NCBI GenBank assembly: GCA_008933615.1
Contig: WBUR01000003.1
Coordinates: forward strand, 16,340 to 80,339
From: a bacterium
GTDB lineage: Bacteria > CLD3 > SB21
DNA length: 64,000 nt
Reading direction: 5' to 3'
Within the stretch, counting starts at the first letter, position 1. Every line of letters starts with the position of its first letter. Under the pieces are notes generated by a model, which saw only the letters and a list, made by a program, of their open reading frames with translations, was not told the DNA's origin and did not search any database. The position numbers and the translations under genes are program-made. Shown here one piece after another: positions 9,384 to 20,491 of the stretch.

Positions 9384-9992
9384 ATGGCTGTTTCGGTTAA
9401 AAACGTAACGGTGCCGCGCGGCAAGAACTGGGTTGACAATACGTATGTTATTCCGGTGATCAAAGGGTTGATCATCACACTGAGGCATATGTTCAAGAAG
9501 CCTATTGTCTTAAATTATCCGGAAAACAAAAAAGTGCTTCCGCCGAATTACCGCGGCTTGCACATGCTGACCCGGGACGATCAAGGCCGAGAAAAATGCG
9601 TTGCCTGCGAAATGTGTTCTACCGCATGTCCTGCCGACTGCATTCGTATCGTTGCTAATGACAGCGGCGATGTATGGAAAGATAATTTTGAAAACCGCGA
9701 AAAACATCCGATCGTTTTTGAGATTGACGAACTGCGCTGCATATTCTGCGGCATGTGCGTGGAAGCCTGTCCGGAAGACGCGATCGACATGACCGACATG
9801 CATAATTTAGCCGATTACACACGCCAGGATTTTATTTACGATAAGGAACGATTGCTCGGAGTTTATGATGAATATATTAAACGTCATCCTGATCACGCAA
9901 AACGCCGTGACGGTGAATTCAAGGCGATGAAGAACTCCAGTTACTTTAGCGTAGTCTCGGTGGAAAACGCAAAAAAGCCGGGCGGGCATTAA
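9384..9992 (+). CDS. nuoI: NADH-quinone oxidoreductase subunit I
   Basis: Two 4Fe-4S motifs, CVACEMCSTACP and CIFCGMCVEACP. Confidence 0.95.
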   Translation: MAVSVKNVTVPRGKNWVDNTYVIPVIKGLIITLRHMFKKPIVLNYPENKKVLPPNYRGLHMLTRDDQGREKCVACEMCSTACPADCIRIVANDSGDVWKDNFENREKHPIVFEIDELRCIFCGMCVEACPEDAIDMTDMHNLADYTRQDFIYDKERLLGVYDEYIKRHPDHAKRRDGEFKAMKNSSYFSVVSVENAKKPGGH

Positions 9993-10027
9993 GATTATTT
10001 TTAGCAAAGGATAAGCAGAGGTTTTTT

Positions 10028-10564
10028 ATGGACAGTTTCATGCAATATTTTATGATAAATCCGGTATTCTATATTTTTGCCGGTATTGCGGTTTTACTCG
10101 CTATTGCGATGCTGACGATGGATAATCCGGTCTACAGCGCGATTTTTATGGTACTGACGTTTTTCTGTATCAGCGTTATCTATATTACGCTGGAAGCTGA
10201 GTTCATAGCGGCCATTCAGGTTCTGGTTTATACCGGGGCGATCATGGTTCTCTTTCTCTTTGTTATTATGTTGCTGAATTTAGGACGCGAATCGGATTTA
10301 GTCGAACGTTCCGGGCCGATGAAATACATTTCAATATTACTCGCGTTTGGAATTTTACTTCAGATCGGCTTTGCCGCGAAAGTAACATTCAGTATCGGCG
10401 AAAAAGGCATGTATCCCATAGAGCAAGTGAGGCTTGCCGGTAATACGGAAACGATCGCGTCACTACTCTTTTCCCAATATGTATATCCTTTCGAGATCGC
10501 ATCCGTCTTATTACTGCTGGGCATGGTTGGGGCGATCATTATCTCAAAAAAGAAACAAGAATAA
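10028..10564 (+). CDS. nuoJ: NADH-quinone oxidoreductase subunit J
   Basis: 'AEFIAAIQVLVYTGAIMVLFLFVIMLL', 'YPFEIASVLLL'. Confidence 0.95.
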   Translation: MDSFMQYFMINPVFYIFAGIAVLLAIAMLTMDNPVYSAIFMVLTFFCISVIYITLEAEFIAAIQVLVYTGAIMVLFLFVIMLLNLGRESDLVERSGPMKYISILLAFGILLQIGFAAKVTFSIGEKGMYPIEQVRLAGNTETIASLLFSQYVYPFEIASVLLLLGMVGAIIISKKKQE

Positions 10565-10579
10565 CGCTGGAGTGATTGT

Positions 10580-10882
10580 ATGGTTCCGATTTCTCATTAT
10601 TTAATATTAACCGCCATTTTGTTTACCCTCGGAGTAATCGGTGTTTTGACTCGCCGGAATGCGATCATCGTATTCATGTGTATCGAACTCATGCTCAATT
10701 CGGTAAATTTAAGTATGGTGGTCTTTGCCCGTTTTCTGGATTCTATGGACGGACAGATCGCGGTATTTCTTATTATGACCGTTGCCGCGGCAGAAGTTGC
10801 CGTTGGATTGGCTTTGATCGTGGCCATTTACCGAAAGAAAGAATCGATCAATATCGACGAGATGCATATCATGCAAGGATAG
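10580..10882 (+). CDS. nuoK: NADH-quinone oxidoreductase subunit K
   Basis: 'RRNAIIVFMCIELMLNSVNL', 'VAAAEVAVGLAL'. Confidence 0.96.
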   Translation: MVPISHYLILTAILFTLGVIGVLTRRNAIIVFMCIELMLNSVNLSMVVFARFLDSMDGQIAVFLIMTVAAAEVAVGLALIVAIYRKKESINIDEMHIMQG

Positions 10883-10922
10883 TTTCATTTGAGCTTATTG
10901 AAATGAATTTTTCGGAGAAATT

Positions 10923-12932
10923 GTGATGGAAATGATAATTCTTCTTATCCCTTTGATTCCGCTGGCCGGTGCGATCTTAAATACGTTTTTTGGCCGAATG
11001 CTGGAAGGGCAGCACCGTACTGAAGAAGGGGAAACGCACGAAAACCATGAATCCAAACCTATTGCGGGTTATCTCGCCAATATTATGGTTGGGATTTCAT
11101 TCATACTGTCATTGGTTGTTTTTTTCAGAGTTCTCAACGGTGAAAAGTTTAATGTGGATTACTTTGATTGGATCGTTGTTGCCGACCTGAAGATCACGCT
11201 GGGATTTCTGATTGATCCGCTGTCCGCGACCATGCTTCTGATCGTAACGGGCATCGGTTTTCTGATCCACGTATATTCGCTAGGCTATATGGGCCACGAC
11301 CCGGACCGCCCGCGGTTTTTTACTTACCTTAATTTGTTTATTTTTTCCATGCTCATGCTTGTCATGGGCAATAATTTAGTCGTGATGTTTTTTGGATGGG
11401 AAGCCGTAGGACTTTGTTCGTATCTGCTGATCGGATATTATTACAAAAAGAAAAGCGCATCGGATGCCGGTAAGAAAGCTTTTATTGTAAACCGAATAGG
11501 TGATTTCGGATTTGGACTGGGGATCTTTCTCGTTTTCGGTACATTTGGCACCGTTCATTTTGAACCGCTATTTGTGGCGATTCAAAATCATCCTAATTTA
11601 TTTGCGATCGGAACGACCATGACCGCGATCGGTATGTTGTTGTTCGTCGGAGCGATGGGTAAATCAGCCCAGGTTCCGTTATTCGTCTGGTTACCCGATG
11701 CGATGGAAGGCCCGACGCCGGTTTCCGCTTTGATCCATGCCGCCACGATGGTGACTGCGGGCGTATTCATGGTCGCGCGATGTAATCCGATTTTTTCTTT
11801 TGATATCGGACCGGTAAGTCATATTATGGGCATGAGCGCAGGCGATCTCGTCACGTACGTAGGCTGCGCGACCGCAGTTTTCGCCGCGACAATAGGATTG
11901 ACGCAAACGGATATCAAAAAAGTTCTGGCCTATTCCACAGTCAGTCAATTAGGCTACATGTTCATCGGCGTCGGCGTCGGTGCGTATGCGGCTGGCGTAT
12001 TCCACCTTCTGACCCATGCATTCTTTAAAGCTCTCCTTTTCCTTGGCGCCGGAAGCGTGATCCATGTCATGGAACACGCGTTCCATAAAGTTCATCTCCA
12101 CGATGATCCGCAGGACATTCGCAATATGGGCGGACTTTTCTCCAAAGCAAAAATAACCGCGATTACATTTATTGCAGGCTGGATTGCAATCAGCGGTATT
12201 CCGCCGTTCTCAGGTTTTTTTAGTAAGGATGAAATATTGACAGCTGCGTACCATAAAGGTTATAACGGCGTTTTCTGGTTAGGTATTATCGGCGCCACGA
12301 TGACGGCGTTTTATATGTCGAGATTGGTTTTTCTAACATTTTTTGGCGAAAGCAGAACGAAACCGGAAGCGCGAGAACATTTGCATGATTCCGGATTTAC
12401 AATGACCGTGCCGCTGATGATCCTGGCGTTTTTCGCTGTGGTTGCCGGATTGATCGGAGTTCCGGAAGCATTGGGCGGGCACAATTGGTTTGGTCATTTT
12501 CTTGCGCCGGTTGTCGGTGAACATGCTGCGCCGGGAGGGCATCACGGATTTAGCGAAGGTATGCTGATTACCATCTCGATTCTTGCCGGCGTCATAGGGA
12601 TTGGTTTTGCATACATAATGTACATAAGAAAAAATATTGATGCGGATAAATTGGCCGCCGACTACAAACCCATCTATACAACGCTGCTTAATAAATATTA
12701 TGTGGACGAAGCATACGATAAATTTATTGTGTCGCCGATCAAATGGTTTTCGGATAACGTTTTGTGGAAATGGACTGACATCAAATTGATAGACGGGCTG
12801 ATCAAATTTATTGCAGTTACTATTGATTTGACGGGAAGAGTGCTCAGATTATTTCAAACCGGTTACGTACAAACCTATGCTTTCTTTATTTCGCTGGGTG
12901 TTGCAATGGTCATTTATTATCTCATGAAGTAG
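10923..12932 (+). CDS. nuoL: NADH-quinone oxidoreductase subunit L
   Basis: '[14 protein letters not shown]', '[32 protein letters not shown]', '[15 protein letters not shown]'. Confidence 0.97.
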   Translation: MMEMIILLIPLIPLAGAILNTFFGRMLEGQHRTEEGETHENHESKPIAGYLANIMVGISFILSLVVFFRVLNGEKFNVDYFDWIVVADLKITLGFLIDPLSATMLLIVTGIGFLIHVYSLGYMGHDPDRPRFFTYLNLFIFSMLMLVMGNNLVVMFFGWEAVGLCSYLLIGYYYKKKSASDAGKKAFIVNRIGDFGFGLGIFLVFGTFGTVHFEPLFVAIQNHPNLFAIGTTMTAIGMLLFVGAMGKSAQVPLFVWLPDAMEGPTPVSALIHAATMVTAGVFMVARCNPIFSFDIGPVSHIMGMSAGDLVTYVGCATAVFAATIGLTQTDIKKVLAYSTVSQLGYMFIGVGVGAYAAGVFHLLTHAFFKALLFLGAGSVIHVMEHAFHKVHLHDDPQDIRNMGGLFSKAKITAITFIAGWIAISGIPPFSGFFSKDEILTAAYHKGYNGVFWLGIIGATMTAFYMSRLVFLTFFGESRTKPEAREHLHDSGFTMTVPLMILAFFAVVAGLIGVPEALGGHNWFGHFLAPVVGEHAAPGGHHGFSEGMLITISILAGVIGIGFAYIMYIRKNIDADKLAADYKPIYTTLLNKYYVDEAYDKFIVSPIKWFSDNVLWKWTDIKLIDGLIKFIAVTIDLTGRVLRLFQTGYVQTYAFFISLGVAMVIYYLMK

Positions 12933-12960
12933 TTCAGATCTTAAGATAAGAGGCTTTTTA

Positions 12961-14553
12961 ATGGAAACTTACAGTGCAATCGTTTTATCGTTATTGATAT
13001 TTGTTCCTCTCGCCGGCGTGGTGATGCTTGCTTTTATTCCGCGCAGCCAGGAGAACACCATAAAAACCGTTACGCTCGGCGTCGCTTCGCTCGTGTTTAT
13101 ACTTTCTGTGCCGATGTATTTTGCATACGATATTTCCAATCCGGACATGCAATTTGCATACATAGCGAACTGGATACCGAATTGGGGCGCATATTATTCT
13201 ATCGGCGTTGACGGGCTCAGCCTGCTGCTTATTTTGTTAACGACTTTTATCATGCCGTTAGCCGTGATCGCATCGTGGAAAAGCGTTCATTTTCATGTCA
13301 AAGGATTTATGATCTCGCTGCTTCTGCTGGACGCAGGAATGGTCGGCGTTTTCTGCGCGCGCGACATGCTTTTGTTCTATGTTTTCTGGGAAGCGATGCT
13401 CGTTCCGATGTATCTGATCATTGGCATTTGGGGGCATGAACAGCGTATCCGGGCGGCCGTAACATTCTTCATATATACGATGGCAGGCAGTTTATTCATG
13501 CTTGTTGCCATTATCTATATGTATTTTCAAACGGCCGCGGTTGTCGTAGATGGAACCCTTATTTCCAACCACTCCTTCGCAATTCAATCGTTTATGGCGC
13601 TGCAATTGCCCTACGACACGCAGGTCTATTTATTCTGGGCATTCGCGTTAGCGTTCATGGTCAAAGTCCCGATGTTTCCGTTTCATACCTGGCTTCCGCT
13701 CGCGCACGTGGAAGCGCCGACGGCAGGCTCCGTTGATCTTGCCGCTATTCTTCTTAAAATGGGGCCCTACGGATTTATGCGATTCTGCATTTCTTTTTTC
13801 CCTGCAGTATCGGAACAATATACTCCGGTCATCATTGTACTTGCTCTGGTCGGAATTATTTATGGTGCGCTTGTGGCCATGGTGCAGCCCGACGCGAAAA
13901 AATTAATCGCCTATTCCTCCGTAAGCCATTTGGGGTTTGTAATGCTGGGCATTTATTCTATGAATATTCAGTCTTGGCAGGGCGCCATGTTGATCATGGT
14001 CGGACACGGTATTTCCACCAGCGCGCTTTTCCTTATGGTCGGTTTATTGTATGACCGGCGTCATACGCGTTTGATAGAGGAGTTTGGAGGCCTTTGGAAA
14101 GTCATGCCGGTATTTTCAGTGATATTCATGGTCGTATGTTTATCGTCTCTTGGCTTGCCGGGAACGAACGGATTTGTAGGCGAATTTCTTGTTTTGATCG
14201 GCTCATTCAATTCATCATTGGATCACGCAAGACTTTACGCGACGATCGCCATGCTGGGCGTGATACTCGGGGCCGTTTATCTGCTTTGGATGTACCAGCG
14301 CATTGCGTTCGGCGAAATCAAAAACGAAAAGAACAAGTCACTTAAAGATTTGTCTCTGCGTGAATACGCCTTACTGATCCCGTTTGTACTGCTGATTTTC
14401 TGGTTCGGCGTATATCCTAAAACACTGACCGACAAAACCGAAGCCACGATGCAGAAAAATCTGAAGTCGTACAAAACTGCGATTGAAAATGCCAAGACGA
14501 CGTCCCCCGGCAACGAAATGAAAAAAAACGTAAACAATCTGCAAGTTAAATGA
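12961..14553 (+). CDS. nuoM: NADH-quinone oxidoreductase subunit M
   Basis: 'FYVFWEAMLVPMY', 'KVPMFPFHTWLPLAHVEAPT', 'KKLIAYSSVSH', 'GLPGTNGFVGE'. Confidence 0.97.
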   Translation: METYSAIVLSLLIFVPLAGVVMLAFIPRSQENTIKTVTLGVASLVFILSVPMYFAYDISNPDMQFAYIANWIPNWGAYYSIGVDGLSLLLILLTTFIMPLAVIASWKSVHFHVKGFMISLLLLDAGMVGVFCARDMLLFYVFWEAMLVPMYLIIGIWGHEQRIRAAVTFFIYTMAGSLFMLVAIIYMYFQTAAVVVDGTLISNHSFAIQSFMALQLPYDTQVYLFWAFALAFMVKVPMFPFHTWLPLAHVEAPTAGSVDLAAILLKMGPYGFMRFCISFFPAVSEQYTPVIIVLALVGIIYGALVAMVQPDAKKLIAYSSVSHLGFVMLGIYSMNIQSWQGAMLIMVGHGISTSALFLMVGLLYDRRHTRLIEEFGGLWKVMPVFSVIFMVVCLSSLGLPGTNGFVGEFLVLIGSFNSSLDHARLYATIAMLGVILGAVYLLWMYQRIAFGEIKNEKNKSLKDLSLREYALLIPFVLLIFWFGVYPKTLTDKTEATMQKNLKSYKTAIENAKTTSPGNEMKKNVNNLQVK

Positions 14554-14560
14554 TTTTCAA

Positions 14561-15520
14561 ATGGTGGTGAATTTCAGGCTCCATTGTTCAACGCTCATTC
14601 TGCTTTTGTTCATTCCGTCGCCATTGCCGGCTTCTGATCGTTCGGGTTTTATAGAGTCTTCAGACAGCGTAAGAATTTATTATGAATGTGACGGGCATGG
14701 CGAACCTTTGGTTCTCATCGCCGGCGGGCCCGGAGATTCACACACCTATTTTAAACCGTATTTCAATAAACTAGCCAAAAAATATACCATAATATATTTT
14801 GACGCCCGCGGCCGCGGCCGTTCGACTAAACCGTCCAACGGGTCTTACAGTGTAGACAAGGACGTGGAAGACCTTGAAAATCTGCGAAGCAAGTTGGGCT
14901 ACTCTAAACTTAATATCTTTGGCCACTCGTACGGCGGTATAGTTGCAGAAAGTTATGCTCTTACTTATCCGGACAAAGTCGGGCGGCTTATACTGTGTAA
15001 CACCTTTCACAGCGCCGACGGATGGCAGGACAATATTGACAACTGCAATCGCCACATCCAGCAGAGTTATCCGGGCGAGTGGAAAAAACTTACGGGTCTG
15101 CGTCAGCGCATGACATCCAACACAAAAGAGTGGCGTGAAGCATACGATCCGTACATAACTAATCTGTATTGGTTCAGCGTTGCAAAAAGAAAGAAATATC
15201 TGGCAACCTATCAGACGTTGAGACGCGCTGAAGATGATTTTTCGGAAGATGTGTATTATGCGATTATTGGTTCGGATCCTGATTTTCAAGTCAACGGCAC
15301 CATGAAGGAACTCGATCTTAGGGACCAACTAAAAACACTGCGGATACCAACTCTCATTCTAGGAGGACGCGCTGACAGAATTGCAACGGTAAAGCAGGCA
15401 ATGGAAATTCATGATTCCATTCCGCAGGCAAAAAAATATATTTTTGAAAAAAGCGGTCATTTGCCGTTCGTTGAACAGAATAAAAAGTTCATTCATACGC
15501 TTGAACAGTTTCTAAAATAA
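14561..15520 (+). CDS. Secreted alpha/beta hydrolase, S33 proline iminopeptidase-like
   Basis: N-terminal hydrophobic signal. 'AGGPG' oxyanion loop, 'GHSYGG' nucleophile elbow, 'GRADR' Asp, 'SGHLP' His. Confidence 0.85.
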   Translation: MVVNFRLHCSTLILLLFIPSPLPASDRSGFIESSDSVRIYYECDGHGEPLVLIAGGPGDSHTYFKPYFNKLAKKYTIIYFDARGRGRSTKPSNGSYSVDKDVEDLENLRSKLGYSKLNIFGHSYGGIVAESYALTYPDKVGRLILCNTFHSADGWQDNIDNCNRHIQQSYPGEWKKLTGLRQRMTSNTKEWREAYDPYITNLYWFSVAKRKKYLATYQTLRRAEDDFSEDVYYAIIGSDPDFQVNGTMKELDLRDQLKTLRIPTLILGGRADRIATVKQAMEIHDSIPQAKKYIFEKSGHLPFVEQNKKFIHTLEQFLK

Positions 15521-15534
15521 AACAGGACAACGCA

Positions 15535-18500
15535 TTGCCGGAAAAACATCACATACTCTGCCCCAATTGTGCAAAGACGACCACACTTGATCAGGGCGTT
15601 TGTCCGTTTTGCCGTTATACTTTTGCTGCGGATATAAAAAAATTTATTTCCTTATATAGCGATGTCATCGACAACGGCTTAGATGTTACGTCTGACCAGA
15701 TCTTGAAATTAGTGCAGGCACAGCGTTTCGAAGATGCGTCGTATCTCATTCAGACATTATTTGAAAAAGCGTATATGCATGACGCCGATTTTAGGAAAAT
15801 CGCATTTGCACTTCATGACCGGCATAAAGATGCATTGGCGTTAATTTGTTCCGAAAAAGCGCTTCAGATAAACCCGCAAGACCCGTGGAATCACCACTGT
15901 GCCGCGCAGTGTTATGGCGAGGTCGGCATACTCGAGAAAGCCGTAAAATACGGACAGGAAGCCGTTCAACTTTCGCCTAACGAACCGAGACACCACACGC
16001 TGCTCGCCGATATATTTGATAAACAAAATCAGTACACTGCTTCAGCGAAAGAATATATGCATGCGATTGCTCTAAACGATATGTATGAAAAAGATTTTGA
16101 CAACATCATCGACGACGCCGTCGATGTCGCCCAGGTGGAGGCGTATTATATCGAACTTCAGAATAGTTATCCAAATTCTGTGTCCATTTACCATGCTATG
16201 GGTAATCTGTATCTCGCCAAACTTCATTTTGAAAAAGCCGAGGAGTGTTACAAGAAGGCTTTGACCGTAAAACCCAACCAACCTGTTTTGCTGAATAAAC
16301 TGGCAGATGTATATCAGAGGGAAAACAAAACGGATTTGGCGCTGGTCGAATATAAGAAAGCTCTCGCTATCGATGGAAAAAATATAGAAAGCTTAAGAAG
16401 CCTTGGAAAACTGTACAAGGAAAAGGGCAATTGGGCTGAAGCGCTTACCTATTTTGAGAAAATTCTAAAACTTAATTCGAGAGACAGCAACGCCGCGTAT
16501 GAAACTAAGGAAATGTACCGAAAACTGAATAATTCGCAGAAAGCAATCGAGGTAATGAAAGAGTACCAGAAAGCGGATGTCAGTTATTTTAACTGGGCCA
16601 TGCATCATATTTTTGAAATTCTATATTACGATCTGAAGGACGATTTACAGCTCAGCGAGCTGGTGGAAAAAACCTATCCTAACAAAGTCAACGATTCATT
16701 CGTCTACGACTACTATGGATACAGCCTGATGAACCTTGGACGAATGGAAGAAGCGGTTAAATCTTTTGAACGATTCGTTGAACTTGAACCGAAGAATGCG
16801 CGTGTCATGCGTGAATTAGGGCGGGTTTTCTGCGATCTTCAAAAATACCAGGATGCGATCGATGTATTAACGAAATCGTTTGCGATTGAAAGTAAGAATT
16901 CGTACGGATTTTATTATCTCGCGCTGGCCTATCATAAATTAGGTAAAGACGACATTGCCAAAAGGACACTGGAAGACGGAAAGCAATTCGATCCGAATTA
17001 TAAATGGTTTGATGATTTGCTCTTTGAAATTGATCCGAACTATCAGTCCGCTCAGACGTCACATGAAAAGGCGGCTCAAGACACAAGTACGTCTACTTCA
17101 ACGGGTGTTTTAGGTGAATCGGTCATTGCCGGTATGCCTAATTTTCTTCGCGATCTGACGCAATTGGCCGGCGAAGGTAAGATCGATAATATATTTGGGC
17201 GGGAAACGGAGTTACGTGAACTGATCGAGGTCTTGTGCCGCCGGAGTAAGGCTAATCCGCTGATCGTCGGCCAGCCCGGTGTCGGTAAAACCGTGCTGGT
17301 CAATGGTTTGGCGCATCTTCTCGCCAAAGGAGAAGTGCCCGATATTCTCAGGCAATACCGATTACTGGAACTTGAAGTATTTGCCGTCGTGGCCGGCACG
17401 CGTTACGTAGGAACGCTTGAACAAAAATTTATGCAGCTGGCGCAATTTTGTCGCTCCAATAAAGTGATCATTTTTATCGATGAGCTGCACACCATGATGG
17501 GAGCGGGTTCATACAGTTCACATGAAACGGGCGGGCTTGATGAAATGTTCAAACCGTTGATGACCCAGCCGGATTTTAAATTAATCGGCGCGACCACGGA
17601 TGAAGAATATCAGAAAAACATTGCAAAGAGCGGCGCCTTTGACCGGCGCTTCACGCGCATTACGGTATTTGAGCCCGGCAAAGACGAAACGATGAAAATC
17701 ATTGAATCGCTTCGGGGCAAACTCGAGCCGTTTTATCATGTTACTATCAGCGAGAGAATGCTGCGAACCGTCGTGGACCTGTCAGAAAAATACGTTAAGA
17801 ACAGATTTTTTCCTGACAAGGCCTGCGATATTCTTGAACGCTCAGCTATTAAAGCAAGCCTGGCCCGCCCGCATAACAGCTTGGAAACACTGGCCGTTGG
17901 TGAAAAGCATATCGTTCAAGCCGTGTCTCAAGTCACGCGCATTCCGGAAAGTAATATACAAATTGAAGCCATGGGCGGGATGGCATCTTTGGAAGACCGC
18001 CTGCGCTCGCGTGTAATCGGACAGGAGGATGCAGTAGTTAAAGTTGCGGAAGTAGTGCGCATGACCAAAAGCGGTCTGGATATTAATCCCGACCGTCCTG
18101 ACGGCGTGTTTCTGTTTGTAGGGCCGACGGGCGTTGGGAAAACGGAACTTGCCAAAGCCCTGGCGGAAGCGCTGGAGGGAAGCGAAAAACGTTTGGTGCG
18201 AATTGACATGTCGGAATATAATGACCAGTACGCTTTGTCTAAATTAATCGGAACGGCGCCGGGTTTTGTAGGGTACGAAGACGAAGGGCGTTTAACCAAA
18301 GCCGTTCGTGAAGATCCTTCTGCAGTGATTCTTCTGGACGAAATTGAGAAAGCGCATCCGAAAATATACGAAGCTTTCCTGCAGGTTTTTGACGACGGGC
18401 GCATGACAGACGGAAAAGGGCAGACTATTTCTTTTTCCCACTCCACGATCGTCATGACGTCCAATCTCGGCGCGGAACATATTTACGGCAAGGTCAAACT

Positions 18501-18903
18501 CGGGTTCACCGGTGGAAACGTCGATGAAAACGCAGAGATCAAAGAAGCGATTACGGAATCGCTGCGCAAACATTTCACACCGGAATTTCTTAACCGCGTC
18601 GATGAAACCATATTCTTTAAATCTCTTGATGAAAACGTGTTGCAGCTTATCGCGCGCCAGAAAATAGAAATGATAATAAAACGGTTTGAAGAAAAAGAGA
18701 TACGCATTCACATCGACGATGAAGTCGTCGGATTATGTGTCAGAAATTTGGACATACGGCGCGAAGGCGCGCGTGGATTAAACCGCTCTATGGAAGAGAC
18801 GATCTCACGACCGTTGTCTAGGGTGATGATCGAAAACCCGACGTGCAGGGCGTATACGATCAAGCGGCACGAAAATGAAGTGCTTATTTTACGCGGAGCG
18901 TAA
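15535..18903 (+). CDS. Zn-ribbon + TPR-repeat + double AAA+ Clp/Hsp100 ATPase fusion
   Basis: CPNC..CPFC, about 450 aa of TPR repeats, NBD1 (GQPGVGKT, IFIDELH, GTRYVG pore loop), NBD2 (GPTGVGKTELA, GTAPGFVGY, LLDEIEKAHP, MTSNLG, PEFLNRVDE, GARGL) and a KLGF loop. TTG start with AGGA RBS. Confidence 0.9.
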   Translation: MPEKHHILCPNCAKTTTLDQGVCPFCRYTFAADIKKFISLYSDVIDNGLDVTSDQILKLVQAQRFEDASYLIQTLFEKAYMHDADFRKIAFALHDRHKDALALICSEKALQINPQDPWNHHCAAQCYGEVGILEKAVKYGQEAVQLSPNEPRHHTLLADIFDKQNQYTASAKEYMHAIALNDMYEKDFDNIIDDAVDVAQVEAYYIELQNSYPNSVSIYHAMGNLYLAKLHFEKAEECYKKALTVKPNQPVLLNKLADVYQRENKTDLALVEYKKALAIDGKNIESLRSLGKLYKEKGNWAEALTYFEKILKLNSRDSNAAYETKEMYRKLNNSQKAIEVMKEYQKADVSYFNWAMHHIFEILYYDLKDDLQLSELVEKTYPNKVNDSFVYDYYGYSLMNLGRMEEAVKSFERFVELEPKNARVMRELGRVFCDLQKYQDAIDVLTKSFAIESKNSYGFYYLALAYHKLGKDDIAKRTLEDGKQFDPNYKWFDDLLFEIDPNYQSAQTSHEKAAQDTSTSTSTGVLGESVIAGMPNFLRDLTQLAGEGKIDNIFGRETELRELIEVLCRRSKANPLIVGQPGVGKTVLVNGLAHLLAKGEVPDILRQYRLLELEVFAVVAGTRYVGTLEQKFMQLAQFCRSNKVIIFIDELHTMMGAGSYSSHETGGLDEMFKPLMTQPDFKLIGATTDEEYQKNIAKSGAFDRRFTRITVFEPGKDETMKIIESLRGKLEPFYHVTISERMLRTVVDLSEKYVKNRFFPDKACDILERSAIKASLARPHNSLETLAVGEKHIVQAVSQVTRIPESNIQIEAMGGMASLEDRLRSRVIGQEDAVVKVAEVVRMTKSGLDINPDRPDGVFLFVGPTGVGKTELAKALAEALEGSEKRLVRIDMSEYNDQYALSKLIGTAPGFVGYEDEGRLTKAVREDPSAVILLDEIEKAHPKIYEAFLQVFDDGRMTDGKGQTISFSHSTIVMTSNLGAEHIYGKVKLGFTGGNVDENAEIKEAITESLRKHFTPEFLNRVDETIFFKSLDENVLQLIARQKIEMIIKRFEEKEIRIHIDDEVVGLCVRNLDIRREGARGLNRSMEETISRPLSRVMIENPTCRAYTIKRHENEVLILRGA

Positions 18904-18943
18904 ATATTTTAAATCTGTAATAACTTAAATTCTTGGAGGACTT

Positions 18944-20410
18944 GTGGAAATAATTATACCCGATACAAACATGATGGCAATATTGCCTCAGATCATACTG
19001 TGCATCGGCGCGTGTCTCGTTCTGCTGCTCGGCGTTTTTGCGCATGGTATGAGAAAATGGATAGGTTACATATCTTTTTTTACATGTATGCTGGCCCTGA
19101 TCAGCGTATTCATGTCCTGGGACATGAATATTACGGCATTCAGCGGAATGATCACTATTAATTATTTTACAAACGCATTCTCCGCAATCATTCTAATGAG
19201 TTCCGCGCTGATCTGCCTCGTCACCCGTGACGATGTGGATGAACATAAGATCGGCGAATTCTTCTCGATAGCGTTGATGTCCACCATGGGTATGCTGGTC
19301 ATGGCTTCAAGCCTCAATCTCATGGTGATTTTTCTCGGTCTGGAGATCATGTCCATAGGACTCTACGTCATGATCAGTTTGAATCGCGCACGCATTCGAT
19401 CGCTCGAGGCCGGAATGAAATACTTCCTGCTCGGGGCATTTTCATCTGGATTTTTTCTATATGGAATTTCTCTGACATACGGCGCCACCGGCAGTTTTGA
19501 TCTTGCGCGGATAGCGCAATATTTGCAGACCAACAATTTACTCGGCGATCCGCTTATGATGGCCGGTTTAGGTTTGCTCCTGATCGGATTCGGATTTAAA
19601 GTTGCGCTGGTTCCTTTTCACATGTGGTCGCCCGATGTATATCAGGGATCTCCCGCGCCGATCACGGCTTTCATCGCCACCGGCCCAAAAGCCGCGGCCT
19701 TTGCAGCATTCGCACGGGTTTTCATAGATACGTTCGGCGGGTTGCATTTGGATTGGTCCAATGTGCTTTTCTGGATTTGTATTCTGAGTATGGTTGGCGG
19801 AAATCTTATGGCGTTAATCCAAACCGATATTAAACGTATGCTTGCGTTTTCAAGTATTTCGCATGCCGGGTATATTATCATGGCGATCATCGCAGGGCCT
19901 GTACTAATGACAAGCGATCCAACCGCGGCGCCGGCATCCATTATCTATTATGTGATGGTTTATGCTCTGACCAATATCACTGCGTTTACGATCATCCATG
20001 TTTTCGAAAGCCGTGAGGGTAAGAATCTCAAAGTAGACGACTTTGCCGGCTTTGGATTTCGTTATCCGCTATTAGCCGTCAGCATGTCCATCTCTATGTT
20101 GTCCATGGCAGGATTTCCGTTGACCGGCGGCTTCATCGGAAAATTCCAGGTTTTTTCAGCAGCCGTAGATGCGGGGTATGTGGTGCTGACGATCATCGCC
20201 GTTATCACGACGGTCATTTCGGTGTATTACTATCTCGGCGTTATGGTTAAGATGTATTTCAGCGATGCGGAGCAGGAACTGGAAGATATTTATGTTTCAA
20301 AAAGTACCTGGGCAACCATCCTTATAACGAGTACAGGATTGATTTTACTGGGAGTAATTCCTTCTATTCTCGCTGATGTTGTTAAAGGATTATTCCATCT
20401 TATTTTATAA
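18944..20410 (+). CDS. nuoN: NADH-quinone oxidoreductase subunit N
   Basis: 'LGLEIMSI', 'EAGMKYFLLGA', 'FKVALVPFHMWSPDVYQGSP', 'IKRMLAFSSISHAGY'. Confidence 0.97.
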   Translation: MEIIIPDTNMMAILPQIILCIGACLVLLLGVFAHGMRKWIGYISFFTCMLALISVFMSWDMNITAFSGMITINYFTNAFSAIILMSSALICLVTRDDVDEHKIGEFFSIALMSTMGMLVMASSLNLMVIFLGLEIMSIGLYVMISLNRARIRSLEAGMKYFLLGAFSSGFFLYGISLTYGATGSFDLARIAQYLQTNNLLGDPLMMAGLGLLLIGFGFKVALVPFHMWSPDVYQGSPAPITAFIATGPKAAAFAAFARVFIDTFGGLHLDWSNVLFWICILSMVGGNLMALIQTDIKRMLAFSSISHAGYIIMAIIAGPVLMTSDPTAAPASIIYYVMVYALTNITAFTIIHVFESREGKNLKVDDFAGFGFRYPLLAVSMSISMLSMAGFPLTGGFIGKFQVFSAAVDAGYVVLTIIAVITTVISVYYYLGVMVKMYFSDAEQELEDIYVSKSTWATILITSTGLILLGVIPSILADVVKGLFHLIL

Positions 20411-20491
20411 TCGGCAATACTGTGAAAGCGATACCCGTTAGTTCTTGCCGAATGGTGAGAACTAATTTTTTATCTACCTACGAAAGTTAAA

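Noticed and set aside
10576..10926. 116-aa alternative ORF overlapping nuoK
   Set aside because: Out-of-frame shadow of the clearly recognisable nuoK (10580-10882). The same applies to the many antisense ORFs inside recognised genes.
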